From Rhynchobatus australiae (taxonomy: Eukaryota), in assembly GCA_034780895.1 (NCBI GenBank), contig JAUZTB010000063.1, forward strand, positions 36,258,803 through 36,322,802: a stretch of DNA of 64,000 nt. Direction: 5' to 3'. The translations under genes and the position numbers were made by a program. A model generated the notes under the pieces. It was not told the origin of the DNA and made no database searches. It saw nothing but the letters and a program-made list of their open reading frames with translations. Shown here in pieces: positions 51,590-63,658 of this stretch. How positions within the stretch are numbered: position 1 is the first letter of the stretch; each line of letters begins with the position of its first letter.

Positions 51590-51850
51590 TCCTGGGAGGA
51601 AACCTTGGCACAAAATTAAATGTAAACACCACCCAGTCCGTCACAGGCTCGTCACCTCCTTCCATCCAGTCCGTCTTCACGGTGCGTTGCTTCAGGAAGG
51701 CCGACGGTATTGTCGAGGATGACTACCCTGGCCATTCCCTTTTCTGTCTTCTACCTTCTGGGAGCTCGAAAAGCCCGGACGCCCAGACTCAAGAACAGCT
51801 CCTTCCCCACTGCTGTCAGACCCCTGAACCGATCCCCTCTCTCACACCCC
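51590..51850 (+). mobile_element. Rex1/Babar-clade fragment just upstream of SPX
   Basis: KARTPRLKNSSFPTAVRPLN in ORF 51710..52012. Confidence 0.7.
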
Positions 51851-51949
51851 CTTCCCGGTGGGGCTGCCACGTTCTCGGACTCTCAGTTATTCTGTGATTG
51901 TCTCCCCAGCATTTTCTGGTTCAAGTTTACAAAGGCGAAGATCAGACTT

Positions 51950-52379
51950 TGCTTCGCGTGTTACACAGCTGGGGAGTCCTGTCCTGTCCTGTCATTGCGC
52001 TCTAACAGGTAAGCGAACATCCTGCGCAATCTTCGACTCTCTCCTAAAGGTGCCTACGGTTCTTCGCTTGCCAATCCCCTCTCTCCAGGTCAGTAGACGA
52101 GCACTGACGTCCGCTGAGGGGGGGTTAGGCAGAAGGCTGAAACGTCGGGGGAGGTGGCCGGGTGAAAAGGGTTATCTTTGCTTCCTCGCTGATGTCCATC
52201 ATTCGCCGACGCCCCGCCGCTCGGCTCTTCCCTTGTGGCTTTAGTCTCCTCCATCTCCAAGATTGACAAGTGGCCCCTTCTTTAAAAAAAAGGGTCGAGC
52301 ATTTAAAGAGTGCATGCAGCGCACAGGAATAAACGCCAGTGAACCTGCTATCAAACCTCCAACAAGGATCTAGAGAAGT
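51950..52379 (+). promoter_or_regulatory. SPX promoter / 5' UTR region; CpG-enriched sequence continues over the gene to about 54700
   Basis: CpG enrichment; CCAAT near 52071; TGACGT (CRE-like) near 52105; TATA-like ATTTAAAG at 52301, about 80 nt before the ATG. Confidence 0.55.
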
Positions 52380-52385
52380 ATGAAG
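52380..52385 (+). CDS. SPX: Spexin precursor exon 1 (MK)
   Basis: ATG AAG|gtgagt; a 2-codon first coding exon giving MKGL..., as recalled for SPX. Confidence 0.88.
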
Positions 52386-52709
52386 GTGAGTGAGCTGTAA
52401 GTGGCTGTAGCGGATGGTGCTGAATGACCGGAAGATTACGTCTCTCCCTCAAGTGTTCATTGCAGATGGTTAGAGTGAGTCCAGAGCCACGCCGCCGGAC
52501 AGGCTTTGAGGAAGCTGTCTGTTCATATAACTACCCGCATGTGAGATTGGGAGTTATATTATGGNNNNNNNNNNNNNNNNNGGAAGGAGTGCACGATTGG
52601 TCTACATTTGCAAAACAAGGTCGCACTTCCCAAACAAAACAAAATGTTGATGCAAGTTTGCAGGAAATAGTGTGACAAATTATTTACTGAACTCCGTTCT
52701 GTTGTGCAG

Positions 52710-52787
52710 GGTCTGGGGACTGTCACGGTTCTCACTCTCTCGCTCCTGGCGTCTTCGTTCTTCGTACAGTCCGGCAGCGTTCCACAG
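52710..52787 (+). CDS. SPX: Spexin exon 2, signal peptide GLGTVTVLTLSLLASSFFVQSGSVPQ
   Basis: gttgtgcag| acceptor and CAG|gtattg donor; 78 nt; hydrophobic signal-like sequence. Confidence 0.9.
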
Positions 52788-52916
52788 GTATTGGTCCACT
52801 TACTGTCCCGTTCTGCGCTCGGTTGTTTAACACCAGTTCGGCTCCGAGTTCGCGCTTTATGCTTCTGCCCCGTATTTATAGTTATAGCTGACGAAATTGT
52901 GCTTCTTGTTGGACAG

Positions 52917-52974
52917 GATCAATTACGGAGACGGAACTGGACACCTCAAGCAATGTTGTATCTAAAAGGCGCGC
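52917..52974 (+). CDS. SPX: Spexin exon 3, DQLRRRNWTPQAMLYLKGA(Q)
   Basis: ggacag| acceptor and |gtaagt donor; basic cleavage site followed by the spexin-1 peptide (starts 52935). Confidence 0.97.
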
Positions 52975-53894
52975 GTAAGTCAAAGCTGAGGGCAATGTAA
53001 TGACCCAGTCTCCGAGTTGGCACTTGTTTAACGGGGATTTCAATAATTCTATTCGTTGTTTCAATATGGAGAGATTAAAGAGCCAATCTAACGTTTATGG
53101 AATTAACTTGGTAGGTGAGAATTACTCGGACCCTACACCTTCATTAGGAACTCTAATGATAAAAGAAACGGGGCTCAGAAGTGGTATCACTGCCTCTCGA
53201 TATACAGCGTTGGGAGCTGGAGATGGGAGGTTTCTACTGTTTGTAGAATATCTGATGAGTTGAGATGCATGTTTGAGGTTATTTATATAATTAGCTTTCA
53301 TTTATACCGACTATTAATTCACGGTAGATCCCGTAATAATTCATTTATAGGAGAGGAGCTCAAGGTTAGATTTACTGTGTACCAACTGGTACTCGCGATC
53401 ACCTACAAAGTAGTGAGCGAATTTTAAAAAAATAATTCGTTGGTGTGAAGTGTCTTCGTTTGGCTTAAGGGTTGAAAGTTATTACATGATTTTAAACCCG
53501 CCAATGACCATTCGGAGGTAATCTGCACTCCCCGAGCATCAACTCATCTGAACCGAATACNNNNNNNNNNNNNNNNNNNNNNNNNNNNNNNNNNNNNNNN
53601 NNNNNNNNNNNNNNNNNNNNNNNNNNNNNNNNNNNNNNNNNNNNNNNNNNNNNNNNNNNNCATCTGAACCGAATACAGCTGGCGACGGCGGCAGATAATT
53701 CGGAGCTTTAAGTGGAATCATTTCTTGCGAAATGGTCGCCAATATTCCCGGCGGAGAGATCATTTCACACCGCCATTGACCAGCGGATAAACAGCCGGGT
53801 TCACGCTCAGTAGGACCTTTAAATTCGTAGTGAAAGGCAGGGGAATGGCAAAATAGTTCCTCGTTTGAAATGTGTGCGTAAATTACCTTTACAG

Positions 53895-53957
53895 AGGGAC
53901 GGCGGTTCATAGCGGATGATGGAAAGGACAGCGACCTCTTTGAAAACATAGATATCG
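53895..53957 (+). CDS. SPX: Spexin exon 4, (Q)GRRFIADDGKDSDLFENIDI
   Basis: cctttacag| acceptor and G|gtaaga donor; 63 nt; supplies the GRR amidation/cleavage signal. Confidence 0.95.
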
Positions 53958-54186
53958 GTAAGAGCCAAAGCAGAATCGGGGTAGTCTTTGGTGATAGCGG
54001 TCACGGTATCTCAATGATGCTCCGTACTTTACAGTCTGGTATTGCATTAGACATGATTATATTGAATGGCGGGGTAGGTGTGAGGGGCCGAGTGGCCTAC
54101 ACCTGCTCCTATTTTCTTGCGTTGATTGATTAGCAGTAAGAGTTCGTCCTTGCAAACTCCAATAACGGCTCTTCTTTTTCTGTCAG

Positions 54187-54270
54187 AAACGAGAAGCCAA
54201 ACCGCCAGACCACTAACCCTATTGGAAGCAAAGGCCTTATTCCTGGCTACAATAAGGCAGGCAGAAAAAG
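54187..54270 (+). CDS. SPX: Spexin exon 5, (E)TRSQTARPLTLLEAKALFLATIRQAEK; 3' boundary inferred at a GC donor
   Basis: ttttctgtcag| acceptor; aligns with human ERRSPNPQLLTIPEAATILLASLQKS; followed by AAG|gcaagt. Terminal exon not identified. Confidence 0.85.
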
Positions 54271-55448
54271 GCAAGTATGTTGGCAGGCGCTCTGCAAGTT
54301 CACTGCACATGGAGATAGGTGAGACTGTAAACTTGAACCACATGAAGGTGATGAGAAAAGACCAGCTTTGCTAGGCTGTCCTCGTTGTTCGACACTCTGC
54401 AACCATCAGTAATCTTCATTCCTGGGGATTTTGTATTTTATGGCGCAAAAATAAAACCAAAAAGAGCTATAAATTCTGCAAGAGAGAAGCCAACGTGATA
54501 CTCCGATAATCCGGTGTCCGATTGTTTGGAAATCATAATGGTTAAGCATCTGGCCCACTCGTTGATCCAGAACACCTGATGTTCACAGTGCTAGTGGACT
54601 GTGCGACCAGACCCAGGGGGCTTGGAGTGCAGCCGGGGCTGAGGTCTGGACCGTGGACCTGGTGTGCTGCCGGAACCGGGGTTGGGATCGGAATGCCTCA
54701 AAGTCCAGTTTATTGTCATATGCAGGAGTACATGTGCGCACAGGTGCAGTGAGAAAACGTACTTAGAGCATCAGATACGCAGCATTCACAAGAAAAAACA
54801 TCAACGTAAATTATACACAATTTTTACAAGAACATTAGAATAGAATTCCTGGATCCAGAAACATGGGTAGGTTTGTGGCTGGAACCTGGGTCCAGAGTGC
54901 CTTTATATTTCCTGAACCCTTTAAACTCTGATTTCACAGGAACACTTATTATATTAATGTGTTACATTAAAATGTTTGGCATTAATAGGAGCAGCATCCA
55001 ATAATTTGGAAAACTTATTTGTCCAGCCTCATCAAAAAGTGCCAGAATATCAGAGGTTTACCATGCTGAGGTATTTCTAGATCACCACTGCTTTCTTTTT
55101 AAATGGAACTTAATAGCGGGTTCTTACAGCAGTTAATAAAATGGGATAAACTTGGATCAGAGATTCTAAACTAGAAGAACAGTGTTTGTTGTGGTGCTAA
55201 ATGAATTTTGGATATGTCAAATTGTGGTTTACTTTCTAATAGAGATACATCATAGACCAAAGCCCGAGCCAACTAAGATCAGGATAATTTATTGATCCCA
55301 CATCCACAATGGGAGCTATAGCAAGGGGTTGGAAAATGACATTAATGGGGTGCCAACTCTGTCTCCATCCTGCACCACCTTCAGGTGGGAGACCATGTTG
55401 GAGGCAAACAAATTACCCATTTCTCCAATACTCTCAGCTTCTCGCACG

Positions 55449-55925
55449 TATCTTTAGTCACGTGTACATCGAAACGCACAGTGAAATGCATCTTTTTGCN
55501 NNNNNNNNNNNNNNNNNNNNNNNNNNNNNNNNNNNNNNNNNNNNNNNNNNNNNNNNNNNNNNNNNNNNNNNNNNNNNNNNNNNNNNNNNNNNNNNNNNNN
55601 NNNNNNNNNNNNNNNNNNNNNNNNNNNNNNNNNNNNNNNNNNNNNNNNNNNNNNNNNNNNNNNNNNNNNNNNNNNNNNNNNNNNNNNNNNNNNNNNNNNN
55701 NNNNNNNNNNNNNNNNNNNNNNNNNNNNNNNNNNNNNNNNNNNNNNNNNNNNNNNNNNNNNNNNNNNNNNNNNNNNNNNNNNNNNNNNNNNNNNNNNNNN
55801 NAAACCGGAGCACCCGGAGGAAACCCACGCAGTCACAGGGAGAAAGTACAAATTCCTTACAGACAGCGGTGGGAATTGAACCTGGGTCACTGGTGTTGTG
55901 GTATGCAAACCGCCACACTGCCTCG
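55449..55925 (-). mobile_element. V-SINE family A (gapped)
   Basis: Both ends match family A in reverse. Confidence 0.8.
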
Positions 55926-56924
55926 TATCAAAAAATAGCTCTGTAGCTGCCAGCAAACCTCCCTTAACCCTCCCCTACCCTGAGAGAAAAAGATAGACCT
56001 GAACACAGAGGTGGTGAATGTTTTTGGAGTCATTAACAATTCAGGTTTCCCTGCAGAGCATAGTTCTGACATCTGATAAACAACACATGCAGCTGCACAT
56101 CCACATTGTACTTTCCAGCAGGTATCAAGCCCAAACACATGGCCATGCAAACATTTGCTGGTATTTTTTCCTGAGTTTGATAGTGATAGACTGGTAGTTA
56201 AAGTCCCTTGATAGTTATTCTTAAAGCATGCATTAATCCTAGCATCTTCCTGCAGGAAAAAGTTGACAAGAGATGTGCTGGACAGCTTATTTGGAATGAG
56301 CTGTCAGAAATAGTGGTTAAGGTGGGCATGTGAGCAACATTTAAAAGCCACCTAGATAAGTACATGGATAGGAGAGGCTTAGAGGGCTATGGGTCAAATA
56401 CGGGCAGATGGGACTAGCTCGCTATCTACAGCAGTCAGCATAGACGGGTTGAGCTGAAGGGCCTGTTTCCATGCTCTCTGACTCAATCAGTGTACAAGTT
56501 CCTGGCTGGTTAAATCAGGGTGGATAGAGGGAAGCAGTTAGTTCAAGGACAAAAGGATGTGCATTTAAAATTTTGGTAAAAAGATACAAGAGATGTGAGA
56601 AAACTTTTATTTTTACTCAGAGCAGTTATAATCTGGAACTCCCTGCCTATTCAGCTGGTGGAAATGGAGTCAGTGTTTCCAAGAAGGAATTAGGCTTGAA
56701 CTTGGATAATTTGCATCCCTTGTGGAAGAATCACTGATAGGATTGCTGTACTAGGAACTGATGTAGTCAAATGTGCCAAAGTGTCTTCATGTTATAACAA
56801 TGCTACAATTCCCACTCTGTAAGTCTTGGTCTTAAGGCATCACATTGACCAGTGCATTCCCACACAAGGAACTGGGTCAAAACTACAGATCTCAAGGCAC
56901 AATTTATCTTACCTTATATTAAAA

Positions 56925-57845
56925 CAAAGGAGGCTATTCAGCCCATTGGATCTATGTCAGCTCCCAGGGAGTAGTTCCATCGTTCTCATTCCCCCTCTGC
57001 TTATTTTACTTGCCACTGAAACCTATTCTCTCCATTGCATGCTCATCAATACTACCCCCTCCTACCCCCTTCAAACTTCTTGTCACTAATCTGCACTAAG
57101 GGTAATTTACAGTAGCCAATTCATCTACCAGCCCATCTTTGGGATGTTGGGATGAAACTGGAGCACCCAGAGGAAACCCACATGGTCACAGGGAGAACGT
57201 ATAATCTCCACACACAGATTCATGATTGACGCTGGGTGGCTGGAGCAGTGAGGTAGCAAATTGCTATGTCACTCTGCCACCTAGGACAACAGGCATCTTC
57301 TCCTCGTACCAAGCACCAATCTGATGCAGCATCTTGTGAGCTTTTGGTGAGTATAAATTGGTTGCTGCATTAGCTGAAAAATAATGAATACTCTTCAAAA
57401 ATAACTGATTATCTTTAAATATTTTGGATAACCACAAGTGTCAAAGGGACATGCAAATTTTAATTTGTTTATGATGACCTTTGTCTGCCAAGTCTGAGTA
57501 GATTGAGCCTACACAATGTGGCACAGCGAGTAGAGCTGTTGCCTCTCAGCTCCAGTGAACTGGGTTCAGTCCTGATTTCCAGTGCAGTCTGTGTGGAGTT
57601 TGCACATTCTCCCTGTGACTGCAGGGCTTTCATCCCACATCCCAAAAGCGTGCAGGTTGGTAGGTTAATTGGCCACCGTGAATTGCCTGTAGCATGTAGA
57701 TGAGTGGTAGAAACTTTGGGGGTGGGGCATAGTTGATCAGAATGTGTAGAGAATACAAGTGGGACTGATGTAGGATTAGTGTAAATGGGTGGTTGATGGT
57801 TGGCACAGTCTCAATAGGCCAAAGGGTCTCTTTCTGTGCTCTACA
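56925..57845. mobile_element. Two divergent V-SINE B copies (about 56925-57280 minus, about 57515-57845 plus)
   Basis: V-domain and GGTTAATTGGCC motifs in opposite orientations. Confidence 0.75.
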
Positions 57846-60800
57846 GGTGGAATGACAAATAGCACAATATGAATGTTTAAAAATAAGAAAATGAATATTC
57901 TTTAAGTTATCACCTAGTTTTCTGTAATCTGCTGTTTGGTAAGCTATTAGTATCAAGGTTGCTGAAAAATTCCAGGCATCAACTCTTGTTCAAACAAAAG
58001 GGTAGGATGAAATTCTCTCAATTATAGTCCAATTAATAGGAGGGAAACAGCTTTAAATAAAATTAACAACCATAGGCTGATTAATAAGAATCATCAATGA
58101 TTTACAGGCTAATTGTCTTTAAATAATTTAGTTAAACTTCATGAGCTGGTATATGAGGACGATGCTGTTAATCTTGTGTATATGAATGTTCAAAAGGCTT
58201 GTGATGAAGACTACATATTGGACTTATTAGCAAAACATGGAATATAGGAATTGGTAGCAAGGATACAAAAATTGATTGAAGAATAGATAGCAGAGCTCTA
58301 GAGAATGTTTGTTTGTTTGTTAGACTTGAGTGAGGTATACAGTAGAGTTCTCCAAGGTACTTGTGTAATTTGGGCTTAACAGTACTATTGAACTTGTGCA
58401 ACCAGCAATAAATGTGACTTCACAAGGACACGATCAGAGAATAGTCAGACTTGACAGATAAAATTCAGTGCACAGAAGTGTGTGATGATGCATTTCGTTG
58501 CAAAGAATGAGAAGATTGCATGCTAAATGGTATNNNNNNNNNNNNNNNNNNNNNNNNNNNNNNNNNNNNNNNNNNNNNNNNNNNNNNNNNNNNNNNNNNN
58601 NNNNNNNNNNNNNNNNNNNNNNNNNNNNNNNNNNNNNNNNNNNNNNNNNNNNNNNNNNNNNNNNNNNNNNNNNNNNNNNNNNNNNNNNNNNNNNNNNNNN
58701 NNNNNNNNNNNNNNNNNNNNNNNNNNNNNNNNNNNNNNNNNNNNNNNNNNNNNNNNNNNNNNNNNNNNNNNNNNNNNNNNNNNNNNNNNNNNNNNNNNNN
58801 NNNNNNNNNNNNNNNNNNNNNNNNNNNNNNNNNNNNNNNNNNNNNNNNNNNNNNNNNNNNNNNNNNNNNNNNNNNNNNNNNNNNNNNNNNNNNNNNNNNN
58901 NNNNNNNNNNNNNNNNNNNNNNNNNNNNNNNNNNNNNNNNNNNNNNNNNNNNNNNNNNNNNNNNNNNNNNNNNNNNNNNNNNNNNNNNNNNNNNNNNNNN
59001 NNNNNNNNNNNNNNNNNNNNNNNNNNNNNNNNNNNNNNNNNNNNNNNNNNNNNNNNNNNNNNNNNNNNNNNNNNNNNNNNNNNNNNNNNNNNNNNNNNNN
59101 NNNNNNNNNNNNNNNNNNNNNNNNNNNNNNNNNNNNNNNNNNNNNNNNNNNNNNNNNNNNNNNNNNNNNNNNTTAAATTAATTTCATCACTGTTCTATTG
59201 GACTCTGTACCAATGGTTACACAAAAGAACATTTGTAAGTTATTGATTACATTGTAATTGGTAATGGATATACATCTTTTGCATTATCCATTGTAATGTA
59301 GAACTGTTTAATGAATTAAAAGTCTATTAGCTTCTTGAACGCTAATTATTCCTGTCCAAGTATTATGGTTTTCAGTGACATTTTCAGCAATAGTTTATTC
59401 AAATTGGAAACACAGCTGTAAACTGGAAAATCAGAAAAAATTCTCCCTCAATTTTTGATACTATTTCAAATTAGCCACATCTACTGTTCAAAATATGAAA
59501 CATGGCTTTGTAATAAAGAAATTCTGATTACATTCACAGACTGCCACTTCAATGTAGCATAATAACAAAAATTAAAAATAAGGAATTTTGAGCATTTTAC
59601 TTACTGAAAAATTATATAATTAATGTTCAATTTAACTTAGATTTTTGACCTCCATTTAAAGAATGACTTGCATTCATTTACCCCTTTCACAACTTCATGA
59701 TATCCTACAGCATTTAGTAGCTGATTAGGTATTATTGAAGTGTAAGCACCATCACAAAACACCGCAGGCAATTTGTGGGCAGTCTTTCAGGAGATAACCA
59801 GATCAAATCCTTTAAATGTTCTGTGGCCAGGATATAGGGGAGGGCACCGCTGCCCTCAAATTAGCCATCTTTTATGTTCATCTGGAAAGAGCAGATGGGA
59901 CCTGGAACTGACACCTTTGAAATTGCCACATTCCTCATTACTGCAGGAGAACTGTGGCTTTCAATTCTTCTTCCTTCCCTCAGGCAACCCAATTTAACGG
60001 CTCTCATCCACAGCCCCCAGTAATAAGTTCTCTGGCCTGCACACCAGCATTTATGTAAAGTAGGGGGGTAACTATGCAGTTTGGAAAACATCCCACAACT
60101 CAGCCAAAAGATGATGCTCTGTCTTGAAAACCACTGCACTAGCAATGCAAGCCCAGATTTTGCATGAACATTCCTCTCCAAAGCAGAATTCCTAATTGAA
60201 CAATAGCTACAGTTAGTTAACCAAATACTCCAAATAATAAGCTTAAATATTTCATGATATTTATTGCACAGTGAACTGATTATCAATTACACTTGATTAG
60301 TATCAATCAAAACAAAGTAGTTATCCGAAATATCATAATGTTCTGTGCTGGTGCTACTGTTTTAAATAGTAGAATGCACCATTATCTGATGTCCTACTGC
60401 AGCATAATTATACTCAGGAACAAACATAAAATACAATCAAAATTAAGTTTAAATAATATCAAGGGGCAAATTGTATGATGTGCCATGGCTTGAAATTAAG
60501 AGGACATTCACATGTAGTCTTGCAAATTCAGATTCAGAACTAGTGGCACGTAATTCCAACACATTAATTTGCAGTCACTGCACTTTTTAGGTCAATATTA
60601 TGAAAACTAACAAAATTTAGAGGTCGGCAAAATAACAATGCAAACTTCACCACATCGAGCCAGAATTAAAATGAAAGCTACTAATTGAGATTAAACTATT
60701 GCATTGGAGACACTTTAATGGTGTTCACAAATTAAACTGGCAGTCATTGTGACTGCTCCTACTTGATGCAAAATGGATCATTAATGCTGCAAATATAGAA

Positions 60801-63249
60801 CAGCACCTACTAAAACCAGTCTGTATACACTGTCACCACATTAGTCTCATTCCCACTGCATCACCTGTGGTTTTTTTTGCAGTCAGTCTAATTCAGAGAT
60901 AAACCAGGCGGGTAGAAGTACCAATGATTACTATCTCACTAACTTTTGCTGTTGGTACCTGGGGCTACTGAATATAATTAAAGCCAGGATTGTACTGGAG
61001 ACATCTGCCCAGGTAATTCATAACTGAGCACAATTCTTCCCCCCTCTACTGATAAATGCTGGTTGTGAGATCAACTTATGTCATTTTATTTTTAAATATA
61101 TTTACATACATAATTATAGGAGGAACACTCCTTGCCAAGTATATTCTAGAAACTCTGTATAATGGGAAGAAACAAACAGAGCTTGAGATATTGTATATTA
61201 AAATAGAGACAATACACAAGAATCTGAAAAAACTTCACCTGCTTTTTTGGCTTTTGCAATATAAGTCCAAACAACAAACTAAATATTTAGCTTTTGTTTC
61301 AGTCAATTCTTGGAATTTAGGTTGCTCAGCAGCATATGCAATAAATGCTACTATTATAAAAAAATATATTTTGCAGTTAAGCTATGCGTGGAGACTTAAT
61401 GATGCTGATGTATTGTGCAACAGCTGCTACGGTTTGGAAAACAACACAAATAATTCAGGAGCTAATGCATCACTCCTGGATTATCTAGCTTGGAAACATA
61501 CATCACCTTTTAGTATTTCCCTGCAATGGTGCTTACAGGGGTGAGAGAAACAAAACTGAACACTTTTGCTTAAAGCAATTCACATCAAATTACCTCTATC
61601 TTAATCTATTGGATAATTAAAGTGGGGTATTTTCTATTTCCCACATTTATTCCATGTTCTGAGATAGGCAGTTTAGTATTAACAAGAGTTAAACTAAAAG
61701 ATTATTTTCTTGCCTTGTAGGCATGATATTGTGATGACAGTCATATTTCATTAGAGTTTCCAGTCAGATGAAGCAAAATTTTTATCTTATCAGTCTGGAT
61801 TAGTTTCAAACTTTGATTCCAGAAGCAAGAGTGATGTGCTAATTAGTTGCAATATTCAGTCCCTGTTGATAGCACCAATTAGTTCTAAGCTTCTCAATTC
61901 TTGCAGTTTGACTGACCTTTGAGGCAAGGGTTCAAATATGGTTGAAATTGGATACAATTCTTAAAGGCAAAATTATAAATACAGCTACAAAATAATATTC
62001 TAAAATCATGAGTTGCAAAGAAATGCAGAAAAGGTGGAAATTATCCTAAGAACTAATAGAACTGATCTAACTTGTGGGGCAAATAGATATTTGGTTTTAA
62101 GAAAACAAGCAATTTATACAGCAGGAATACCTTGCATTTTCTCAACAATCCACACATTTCACCAGTTTGAAATCCACCAGTTACAGAAAAGATTCTCAGC
62201 TGGATAGCAACAGCTGCATTTTCGTGAAGGAATTCACTTCATACATTTTCCTTTTTTGTATGGGGGATAGGATGATTAATGTGCACTATTTCACATGGGG
62301 GGGGGCGCGGGGGGGGGTAAATGATTGGGNNNNNNNNNNNNNNNNNNNNNNNNNNNNNNNNNNNNNNNNNNNNNNNNNNNNNNNNNNNNNNNNNNNNNNN
62401 NNNNNNNNNNNNNNNNNNNNNNNNNNNNNCCCCCCGCAACAGGATTGGCTGGTGAAAGAAGTGCCGCGAGTGATCCTCAGTGAATGGGGCAACCTGTACA
62501 TCCCACTGCCATCCCCACCCAAAACAACCATTATGAGTAATATTAGCATCCAAATCAATCATAATATTATAGTCTGGCTTTGTTTACTGGTACCGTGAAT
62601 GTCGAAAGTGGTTACTATAAGCTCCAGCCCCCTGCACTGAAATACCAGTTCAGATGACAAATCTTGGGAGGTCTTTCAATTTATGGATGCTGAAGCATCG
62701 GGCACTTGGTGACAAATATCACATCTTCATTCTGAAGAAATGATTACAGAAAACATTTCCTAATGACTAAATATGATGTAATATAATTATAACATTCTAT
62801 GAATATTCAATTTATTTGTAGAGATGGTGTAAATATATTTATGGAATCAAGGGGTGGCTTTGAGTGCGCACTATTATTTCCTTCATGTGGAAATTTATTA
62901 CTGGAATTAACTTCTGTTGGATTGAAAGGTGGTTGGAGTAACTAGATATACAGCAAGAAAGTGTACAATCCTTTCAGCACTATCTCAATATCACACAGTA
63001 GGAAAGGGAAAAGGCGCATCTTTTCCTTTATTACTGTAAGAATTTCAAAAGTTTACCTTATGTATTTATACAAGAGTTAGTCATCAAACAAATTTCTGGT
63101 CTTGATATAGTTGAGAATGTGACAATATGTAGTCACAGGACACAGTATAACCAGACCACATGGTTTTAATTTGCCAGCTCTCTCATTTCTATCTTCCCAT
63201 TGTCAAAGTATTGTAAACGATGCTTCAAAGGGTAGAGTTAGCCATCTAC

Positions 63250-63447
63250 TCAGTTTTGGTACTCTGCGTCTGATTGGCTCTTCCCAATAGGTGCTTTAAT
63301 GTTCCTTCGATCCTTTTCTGCCTCTTCCTCCTCATCATACCGCTCATCATCATCCTCCTCATCGTCGCTCTGGTGCGGGCTTGAATGCAACGACACAGAA
63401 GGGGACGGGGGCACAGAGGCTGGTCTGGGATATCTGAAACCTTCAGT
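63250..63447 (-). CDS. GYS2: Glycogen synthase last exon, [65 protein letters not shown]
   Basis: cttttcttgttccacaccag| acceptor; GSK3/CK2 phosphosite cluster; ends EYQN* like GYS2 EYKN*; convergent with SPX as in known synteny. The ORF track shows the wrong frame here. Confidence 0.93.
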   Translation of the reverse strand, partial: TEGFRYPRPASVPPSPSVSLHSSPHQSDDEEDDDERYDEEEEAEKDRRNIKAPIGKSQSDAEYQN

Positions 63448-63577
63448 CTGGTGTGGAACAAGAAAAGATTAGTCTGTAATGTTACACCTTAAGGAAAAGG
63501 CATGCATTTGTGGCATACAGTTTTCGTAACCCTGCCTTAACAGAAGACAAATCAATCTGCAACACAGACAGACTTAC

Positions 63578-63658
63578 CAAGGGTGGCGCAACTGGCTCCA
63601 TCTGGAACTTTTCTGGGAAGGCTTTACACAGTGCGAGATGGCGGGCATGCATGTAGTA
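63578..63658 (-). CDS. GYS2: Glycogen synthase penultimate exon, YYMHARHLALCKAFPEKFQMEPVAPPL
   Basis: ttttgtcttcag| acceptor and |gtaagt donor; 81 nt; phase 0-0. Confidence 0.93.

Noticed and set aside
26677-52300. kiss2 gene, known from this syntenic neighbourhood in non-mammals
   Set aside because: No FN(F/Y)NPFGLRF-GKR coding sequence noticed by eye; it may lie outside the window or in a gap.
53545-53676. Direct repeat CATCTGAACCGAATAC flanking a 100-N gap in SPX intron 3
   Set aside because: Typical overlapping contig ends around a placeholder gap; most likely an assembly artefact.
55125-55310. Candidate SPX terminal exons (tacag| near 55129; taatag| near 55242)
   Set aside because: In the required phase they give AVNKMG* or EIHHRPK...*, with no resemblance to recalled SPX C-termini; unsupported.
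61056-61544. 162-aa ORF between SPX and GYS2
   Set aside because: Composition typical of AT-rich non-coding DNA; no recognisable domain or splice structure.
63246-63461. 71-aa ORF in the track (MFHTRLK...)
   Set aside because: Alternative frame of the real glycogen synthase last exon.
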